This document shows positions 57,579 through 64,000 of a DNA stretch of 64,000 nucleotides, in pieces. Origin of the DNA: Thermoplasmata archaeon (GTDB taxonomy: Archaea; Thermoplasmatota; Thermoplasmata; Thermoplasmatales; GCA-001856825); contig JAKAXD010000001.1 in the NCBI GenBank assembly GCA_021816725.1, forward strand, positions 313,257-377,256, given 5' to 3'. Position 1 is the stretch's first letter, and each line of letters begins with the position of its first letter. The position numbers and the translations under genes are program-made. The notes below the pieces were generated by a model. The model was not told where the DNA came from, did not search any database, and saw only the letters and a program-made list of their open reading frames with translations.

Positions 57579-59587
57579 GCAAACACCCTCACTGCTACTA
57601 CCTTGAACTCTGGTATCTTCGAGAGCTTGTCAACTTGCTTTCCTACCAGCCTGTTTACTCTCGATTCATCGTAATGAAACGGTACAAACACGATGCCAGG
57701 GGGAACCTTCTCTGTTATCCTCGCCTTTGTCCTGATTGTTCCGTGTCTGGACTCAACGGTTACAGTCTGAGAATTCCTGATACCCAGTCTCCTTGCGTCA
57801 ACGGCATTTATCTCGACGTACGGCTCGGGAGACTCCCTTTCCAGTATGTCCGTCCTCCTGCTCATTGTTCCAGAATGGTAGTGGAAGTAATTCCTTCCTG
57901 TGGTCATTATCATATCGTATTTCTCATCGACGGATTCTGCAGGTGGTGCATAGACTACCGGGACGAACTTTGCCCTTCCGAGGGGGAAGGTCTTGGTGTG
58001 CAGGATTTCCGTCCCTTCCGGATTTTCTGCGTTTATAGGCCACTGCTTCCCTGTCGGGTAAATGTTCTCGTACGTTGCACCTGCATATCCAGGGATAGCC
58101 TGTCTTATTTCCTCGAAAATCTCTCTCGGTGATTCATACCCCTGGATGCCCGAAATCCTCTTTCCAATCTCATTGAGTATCCACCAGTCTGGTTTGGCCT
58201 CGCCTGGGCTTGGGTAAACTGCATTTACCTTCTGGATCCGCCTCTCAGTATTTGTAAAAGTTCCCTCCTTTTCCAGAGATGTTGAAGCGGGCAATACTAT
58301 GTCAGCCTCTCCTGCAGTGAGAGTCATGAATATATCCTGTACCACAAACAATTCTAGGTTGTGTATGGCGGTTTCAACGTCACTAACTGAAGCCTCTGTA
58401 ACTAGAGGATTTTCCCCCATAACATATATCGCCTTTACCCGTCCTTCAGCCGCTGCATCGAACATTTCTGAAAGGGCCAGCCCCTTGTTTCTTGGGAGCC
58501 TTTTATTCCACAGTTTTTCGAACCTTTCGACCCTTGGGGAGTCAACAGGCACGTACCCTGGGTACCACTCTGAAAGTACACCCATGTCTGATGATCCCTG
58601 GACGTTGTTCTGCCCCCTTAACGGGAATATGCCGGATCCCCTAACCCCAATGTTGCCTGTAAGCAATGCAAGATTTGAAACGGACATAACATTTTCCGTA
58701 CCGTGAATATGCTGAGTTATTCCCATTGCATATAATATCGACGTTGGCCTATCCCTTGCAATCAGCCTGGCAGCTCTTCTTAACTCCTCTGGCTTAATTC
58801 CTGTAATGCCTTCAGTTATCTCGGGGGAATGCTTATCTATAGCCTTCCTGAACTCCGGGAATCCCTCGGTTCTATCCGAAATGAACTTCTCATCCTCAAG
58901 GTGCTCTTCCAATATCACATACATTATTGAATCCAGGAGAGCTACGTCAGTGCCCGGGTTGAATTGGAGATGTATGGTAGCGAGCTCTGCGAGCTGGGTT
59001 CTTCTTGGGTCTGCGACAACAAGATTTTTCCCCTTCTTCCTCTCAGTTACCAACTTTGTCCCAATGATTGGATGTTGTTCTGTAGTGTTAGAGCCAATGA
59101 CAAAGTAGGTTCTCGATGCACTCAGGCTCTCTATCGAGCCGGTCGCTGCCCCTGCGCCAAGCGTTGTTATAAGTCCGAGGGCAGTTGGACTGTGGCAACT
59201 CCTAGCACAGTGGTCTACATTATTCGTTCCTACCACTCTAGCTATCTTTTGCATCAGGTAGTTCTCTTCATTTGTGCACTTAGCTGATGCCTGGAACGCT
59301 ATAGAATCCGGTCCATATTGCTTAATTATTTCAAGCAGCCTATCAGCTGTCTCATCCAGTGCTTCCTTCCAGGATGCCCTAACAAATTCTCCATCCCTCT
59401 TTATCATCGGATGTTTCAACCTGTCGCGAGAGAAATTGTATGAGAGACCTGAATAGCCCTTGATGCAAAGCTTTCCTGCATTCACAGGTGATCTAGAATA
59501 ACCAGTGACACGCTCCTCAGTACCCTGTTCATTGACGACGATCTGACATCCCGTTCCGCAATATGGGCAAACGGTAAGAACAGACAC
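57575..59587 (-). CDS. fdhA: Formate dehydrogenase alpha subunit (Mo/W-bisPGD, Cys ligand)
   Basis: CPYCGTGC...LCIKG, DHCARSCH, LRGQNNVQG, GTFTNTERR. Confidence 0.92.
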   Translation of the reverse strand: MSVLTVCPYCGTGCQIVVNEQGTEERVTGYSRSPVNAGKLCIKGYSGLSYNFSRDRLKHPMIKRDGEFVRASWKEALDETADRLLEIIKQYGPDSIAFQASAKCTNEENYLMQKIARVVGTNNVDHCARSCHSPTALGLITTLGAGAATGSIESLSASRTYFVIGSNTTEQHPIIGTKLVTERKKGKNLVVADPRRTQLAELATIHLQFNPGTDVALLDSIMYVILEEHLEDEKFISDRTEGFPEFRKAIDKHSPEITEGITGIKPEELRRAARLIARDRPTSILYAMGITQHIHGTENVMSVSNLALLTGNIGVRGSGIFPLRGQNNVQGSSDMGVLSEWYPGYVPVDSPRVERFEKLWNKRLPRNKGLALSEMFDAAAEGRVKAIYVMGENPLVTEASVSDVETAIHNLELFVVQDIFMTLTAGEADIVLPASTSLEKEGTFTNTERRIQKVNAVYPSPGEAKPDWWILNEIGKRISGIQGYESPREIFEEIRQAIPGYAGATYENIYPTGKQWPINAENPEGTEILHTKTFPLGRAKFVPVVYAPPAESVDEKYDMIMTTGRNYFHYHSGTMSRRTDILERESPEPYVEINAVDARRLGIRNSQTVTVESRHGTIRTKARITEKVPPGIVFVPFHYDESRVNRLVGKQVDKLSKIPEFKVVAVRVFA

Positions 59588-59788
59588 TATACTAAATCGC
59601 TTTACGCTATAAACACTTAACTAAGGTGTCCGTGGCCAGATGACAGGTCTAGGAACATCCTTGCTGTTTATTGACTGCTAATTGAACGGTTTCAAATATT
59701 GGATAACTTTCATAGTGAAAACACTTGAATCTGGAAATGAGCACTCTTTTCCATTATTTCACTGTCCTTTATAATAACAAAGATGCCA

Positions 59789-60346
59789 TCACACTTCCCT
59801 GCAACCGGCCAGTTTCCTTGCCATTTTTAGGTCTTCCACAGTGTTTACATTCAACAATTTTGAGCTGAACTCACTGTCCAGCACAATGTGTCTAAACCGT
59901 TTGCCTACAAATTCGTATATTCTCTTACTGCTGCGGGAGTAGCTTAGAAGATCATCGTATATCGAATCATTATATATTGCCAACAAGGGTTCCACCGTTC
60001 CATCAGGATTGATAGCGACAATTGGATCATTGTGGTAACTCCGGACAATTATCGATATTGTCTTTCTGTCAAGGAGAGGCAAATCTCCTCCTACCGCGAG
60101 AAATTCATCATATTCAGCAATAGCACTCAATAACGAATCTATGAGGGTCCCTTGAGTTCTGTCTCTTTCAATTTTGCAACCGCTTACGTCCAAATCAGAA
60201 TACTTTGAATATATCAGCGTATCGTTAAAAAATCCAGTACAAAGTAACGTGTCGTAGATTCTCTTTATCATTGGTTGACCACATATGTCCATCATGTGTT
60301 TTCCTGGAAGTCTTTCGCTCTGCTTGGCAAATATTACTGCCCTCAC
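59789..60346 (-). CDS. mobA: Molybdenum cofactor guanylyltransferase (divergent)
   Basis: SERLPGK, GDLP, EPLLAIY, NVNTVEDL. Next to fdhA; GTG 60346 preferred. Confidence 0.8.
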   Translation of the reverse strand: MRAVIFAKQSERLPGKHMMDICGQPMIKRIYDTLLCTGFFNDTLIYSKYSDLDVSGCKIERDRTQGTLIDSLLSAIAEYDEFLAVGGDLPLLDRKTISIIVRSYHNDPIVAINPDGTVEPLLAIYNDSIYDDLLSYSRSSKRIYEFVGKRFRHIVLDSEFSSKLLNVNTVEDLKMARKLAGCREV

Positions 60347-60527
60347 ATTACCACTCTTAGGCTTTTTGAAGCAAGTCGGCCAATCACCGACTGATCCAAA
60401 TCCAAGTCCCCAAGACAGAAACTTTACTTTCATAATAAATTATTCGAGAACTGAGAAATGAATTCCTAGATGAAATGCTTCATTCAACCAGTGGATATTA
60501 TAATAGTAAGTTCACATTTAACGTCAG

Positions 60528-61976
60528 ATGACAACTGCCTTGAACAAGATAGATGACTGCAAATACGAAATACCAATGGATAGGGGAAAGGGAATGAATG
60601 TCCGGGGCATTGTCTACAGCAACGATGAATTGCTCAAGGGCATCAGAGATGATGAATCCCTGAACCAGGTTGTCAATGTTGCAAAATTACCAGGAATTGT
60701 CGGAGCCTCAATGGCTATGCCCGATATTCATCTGGGGTACGGCTTCCCAATTGGGGGTGTGGCAGCTTTCGACCTAGAAAATGGTATTATCAGTCCGGGA
60801 GGGGTTGGGTACGATATCAACTGCGGGGTTCGACTGATAAGAACATCCCTTAATTATGAGCAGACTAGAAATCAAATCAAGGATATTGTGAACGAGATAT
60901 TCCAGAATGTCCCATCTGGGGTTGGAAGGGAGGGGAAAATTAGCCTAAGTCAAAATAGCATGGAGGAATTCCTGAGCGACGGCGTGAAGCACGCGATCAG
61001 GGAAGGGTTCGGGTGGTCCAAAGACCCAGAAAGGATAGAGGAAGGGGGTTCGATCTCGTTCGCAGACAGGACCAAGGCATCGCAGAAAGCGAGAAATAGG
61101 GGCTTCCCGCAACTTGGTTCACTTGGTGCAGGCAATCACTTTCTTGAAATCCAGGCGGTTGAGATGATATATGATATAGATGTTGCAAGGAAATTCGGGT
61201 TGACTTCTGAAGGTCAAATCACCATAATGGTCCATACTGGGTCGAGAGGGTTTGGCCATCAGGTCGCAACAGATTACCTTGAGGAGATGGAGGAGGCAAT
61301 GAAAAAATATAACATAACGGTACCAGACAGGCAGCTTGCTTCTGCCCCTTTTTATTCCAAGGAAGCGCAAGATTACATAGGAGCTATGGGTGCTGCAGCA
61401 AATTTCAGTTATTCCAACAGGCAGATGATTACCCACTGGATCAGGGAAAGTTTTAAGAAAGTTCTAAGGAGAGACCCGGAAGAGATGGGAATGGACATCG
61501 TCTACGACGTGTCCCACAACATGGCAAAGATGGAAGAACATCTGGTAGACGGGAGGATGAAGAAGGTGTTGGTCCACAGGAAGGGTGCAACAAGAGCATT
61601 CCCTGCCGGTAGGAGGGAGCTTTCCAATCCTTTCCTCGAGACGGGACACCCTGTGTTGATACCGGGGACTATGGGAACAGCCTCATATGTTCTAGTTGGG
61701 ACGGAAAGAGCGCTCAAGGAAACTTATGGTTCAACCTGCCATGGCTCTGGAAGGGTAATGAGTAGAAGCAGGGCGGTGAGGCAATATACGAATCAGGCCG
61801 TAAGTGAAAGCCTTGCAGGAAAGGGAATATACGTCAGGGCTGCTACGAAGTATGTCCTCCAGGAAGAAGCACCGCTCGCTTACAAGGATGTTAACGAGGT
61901 AGTGAAATCGGTAGAGTGTGCAGGAATTTCAAGGATAGTCGCAAAACTTAGACCAATCGGAGTGATGAAAGGATAA
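60528..61976 (+). CDS. rtcB: RNA-splicing ligase RtcB
   Basis: MPDIHLGYGFPIGG, DINCG, GNHF, HTGSRG, HNMA, HRKGAT, HGSGR, EEAP. Confidence 0.96.
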   Translation: MTTALNKIDDCKYEIPMDRGKGMNVRGIVYSNDELLKGIRDDESLNQVVNVAKLPGIVGASMAMPDIHLGYGFPIGGVAAFDLENGIISPGGVGYDINCGVRLIRTSLNYEQTRNQIKDIVNEIFQNVPSGVGREGKISLSQNSMEEFLSDGVKHAIREGFGWSKDPERIEEGGSISFADRTKASQKARNRGFPQLGSLGAGNHFLEIQAVEMIYDIDVARKFGLTSEGQITIMVHTGSRGFGHQVATDYLEEMEEAMKKYNITVPDRQLASAPFYSKEAQDYIGAMGAAANFSYSNRQMITHWIRESFKKVLRRDPEEMGMDIVYDVSHNMAKMEEHLVDGRMKKVLVHRKGATRAFPAGRRELSNPFLETGHPVLIPGTMGTASYVLVGTERALKETYGSTCHGSGRVMSRSRAVRQYTNQAVSESLAGKGIYVRAATKYVLQEEAPLAYKDVNEVVKSVECAGISRIVAKLRPIGVMKG

Positions 61977-62604
61977 GGATCAGGGCGTATGCAGCGCATA
62001 TGAACGACACCAGTGGGATCTTGTAGACCACCTTAGAACCCTTAACCCAATATTTGCTTGTATTCAATTGGGTTGAAGCGGAAGATCCTGGAGATCCCAG
62101 TGTTTTATTCCCTACATATTTGCTTTTGGCAAAGATGAATGATGAAGCCGTTCCCATAAGGCTCGCCATTAACACAACTGCCATTACCGGAGGAAAGAGG
62201 GAATCGAGCAAAGGAAGATGAGGATAGAATGGAAGCGTCACTGCCAATGTCTGCAGCACCTTCACATCCCCTCTTCCAAAGTTCTTTATGATTACACCAA
62301 ATGTTTTCACCAACAGTATGGAATAGGCTATGGATACTGTCAGTATCGACATTTCAAAGTAAAGCGGAACTATAAGTAAGGCATATGAAACAAATGAAAA
62401 CCTTTCCAAAAAGTATTCTGAAACAATCGGTATGATGAAAAACGCAAGCCAGAAGTTAAAGAAAACAAAATAAAAGAACAACAGCACATCAAGTGCAAGG
62501 AAGGTTATAGTTGTTATTTTCCTCTTTCTAAGGTCCTCCAATGCTGCATAAATCAGTACCATCAGTAGGATAACTGCAATGTAAGGATAGTTCCAAGGAA
62601 GCAT
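61948..62604 (-). CDS. A24-family prepilin/preflagellin peptidase-like protein
   Basis: EDLRKRKI and GRGDVK aspartate motifs among TM helices, C-terminal IPLVSFI. Confidence 0.75.
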   Translation of the reverse strand: MLPWNYPYIAVILLMVLIYAALEDLRKRKITTITFLALDVLLFFYFVFFNFWLAFFIIPIVSEYFLERFSFVSYALLIVPLYFEMSILTVSIAYSILLVKTFGVIIKNFGRGDVKVLQTLAVTLPFYPHLPLLDSLFPPVMAVVLMASLMGTASSFIFAKSKYVGNKTLGSPGSSASTQLNTSKYWVKGSKVVYKIPLVSFICAAYALILILSSLRLV

Positions 62605-62610
62605 CCCGAG

Positions 62611-63360
62611 CTACCTCTTTGCATTTGCGAAGAACTCTATCTTTCCCGACTCCGTTCTCCTTGATACGCCAAATTCTGTCATCTTAAGTACTTCTTGCAG
62701 CTCGAAAATTGTTCCATCCTTGCATACCCTGATGCCGTTTATGCTGCAACTGTCACATATGCCAACACCGCACTTCATCAATCGCTCAAGTGAGAAGAAT
62801 ATCTTTGCCTTCGCCTTCTTGTCTATCCTGTCTATAAGTGACTTCACCATGGGTTCTGGTCCACAGACGAATACATAATTGTATTCACTTAAGTGAGGAA
62901 CGAATAGATCGACCACCGTTCCCTTGAAACCCAGAGAGCCATCATCTGTAGCGACCTTGTACTCATCCCTTATCAAGAACAGGTCGTCCTTTGTCCTCGC
63001 TCCGGCAAATACGTCTCCGTCGTACTTCAATATCATCGAATTTAGCGATGCCAGACCCGTTCCGCCCCCAACATATGCAACCTTCCCAGTTGGTTTTGGG
63101 TAGCTGTTGCCGTAAGGTCCCCTGAAAAATATTCTGTCCCCGGGCTTTAAGGTTGCAAGTGTTCTGGTAGTTTCTCCAAAGGTTCTGAACGTTATTGCTA
63201 GGGGGTTTGAAGTACTTGACAGGGACATGGGTATTTCCTTCCCACCGGGAACCCAGATCATGATGAACTGGCCAGGTTCTGCGGAAATTTTCGAATCAAA
63301 TACCAACGTAAATACGTCTTTATTATCTCTCTTAATACTAATCACCTTTGCGTGCAGCAT
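62611..63360 (-). CDS. pyrK: Dihydroorotate dehydrogenase electron transfer subunit
   Basis: PGQFIMIW, RGPYG, CGPEPM, CGVGICDSC...CKDG. Follows pyrD. Confidence 0.92.
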   Translation of the reverse strand: MLHAKVISIKRDNKDVFTLVFDSKISAEPGQFIMIWVPGGKEIPMSLSSTSNPLAITFRTFGETTRTLATLKPGDRIFFRGPYGNSYPKPTGKVAYVGGGTGLASLNSMILKYDGDVFAGARTKDDLFLIRDEYKVATDDGSLGFKGTVVDLFVPHLSEYNYVFVCGPEPMVKSLIDRIDKKAKAKIFFSLERLMKCGVGICDSCSINGIRVCKDGTIFELQEVLKMTEFGVSRRTESGKIEFFANAKR

Positions 63361-64000
63361 TGTTCACCATCACCCCCACTATGTCCTCGAGTTTTGAGAA
63401 CCCCTCCGAATCAAGGTATTTATTGATTCCATCCTTAATGTCTGAGTATATGCGATAGTCATCGTAAAGGAAGGCCGTTCCTACCTGTATGGCTCTTGCT
63501 CCGAGGAGGAAGAATTCAATTGCATCCTCCCACGTTGTAATCCCCCCAACCCCAACTATATCCTTTCCTGTCTCCTTGTAAACGTCGTATACAGCCCGTA
63601 GCGCAACAGGTTTTATCCCTGGTCCGGAATACCCTCCCACAACGTTTGAGAGGGCAAATTTCCTGGAATATATCTCCACCCCAATAGCCCTTATCGTGTT
63701 TATCAGGACGAGTGCATCAGCCTTTTCAGATGCCTTGGCAAGTGAAACGATGTCTGTTACGTTCGGCGTCAATTTAGACCATATTTGGAGATTTGTCCTC
63801 CTCTTGATCTCATTTATTATCTCTTCGACCAGGTCCACATCCTGTCCTACCTCGGATCCAACCCCCTGAACGTGTGGGCAGGACAAATTGAGCTCGACTT
63901 TGTCAAATCCCGCTGCCTCCACTCTCCTCGATAGGGTGACGAACTCTTCAACGCTTCCACCAAAAATTGATACTACGGTCCTTTTCTTTTCTGGGAAATC
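63338..64000 (-). CDS. pyrD: Dihydroorotate dehydrogenase class 1B catalytic subunit (5'-partial)
   Basis: ELNLSCPH, KLTPN, INT, GGYSG, GVGGI. The frame is open to the window end. Confidence 0.94.
   Translation of the reverse strand, partial: DFPEKKRTVVSIFGGSVEEFVTLSRRVEAAGFDKVELNLSCPHVQGVGSEVGQDVDLVEEIINEIKRRTNLQIWSKLTPNVTDIVSLAKASEKADALVLINTIRAIGVEIYSRKFALSNVVGGYSGPGIKPVALRAVYDVYKETGKDIVGVGGITTWEDAIEFFLLGARAIQVGTAFLYDDYRIYSDIKDGINKYLDSEGFSKLEDIVGVMVNNAARKGD

Noticed and set aside
59190..59215. Selenocysteine in FdhA
   Set aside because: The ligand codon is TGC (Cys) in CARSCH and there is no in-frame TGA.
60528..61976. Intein in RtcB
   Set aside because: Normal length (482 aa) with contiguous motifs, including DINCGVR.
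1..64000. CRISPR arrays, tRNA/rRNA genes, transposases, integrases and defence systems
   Set aside because: None recognised by eye; almost all sequence is accounted for by the listed genes. Short C/D-box sRNAs could have been missed.

Overview
Archaeal chromosomal window, densely coding, with no tRNA, rRNA, CRISPR array or recognisable mobile element. Gene content suggests Thermoplasmata (inference from rpl11-rpl1-rpl10-rpl12, ftsZ-secE-spt5, aIF2beta-TRAM, Alba, ArcTGT, PriS and a TRASH-type cop locus). Housekeeping blocks (ribosomal stalk, pyrBI, purSLQ, sua5, tgtA, rtcB, pyrKD) alternate with accessory blocks: amino-acid uptake and catabolism, copper resistance, glycosyltransferase/alkaline-phosphatase-superfamily (AlkP) genes, and a 14 kb W/Mo-cofactor island with AOR and a formate dehydrogenase. 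Best candidates for undescribed biology: (1) a tandem ribbon-helix-helix (RHH) gene coupled to an FtsZ-like protein that has only the GTP-binding domain, behind an array of TGACA motifs that recur at the canonical ftsZ promoter; (2) an RHH-AlkP-APS kinase operon in which the small RHH protein carries the 'RLRSLGYL' tail missing from the AlkP enzyme, a candidate PAPS-dependent sulfation system; (3) a Pho84/PHT1-like MFS transporter fused to a DUF47/PhoU-like domain; (4) FdhA paired with sulfhydrogenase beta/gamma-like subunits and no hydrogenase. Also found: an L1-binding mRNA structure, two probable ACG start codons, a frameshifted permease and two small genes missed by the ORF track. All family calls come from motif recognition by eye, not database searches.
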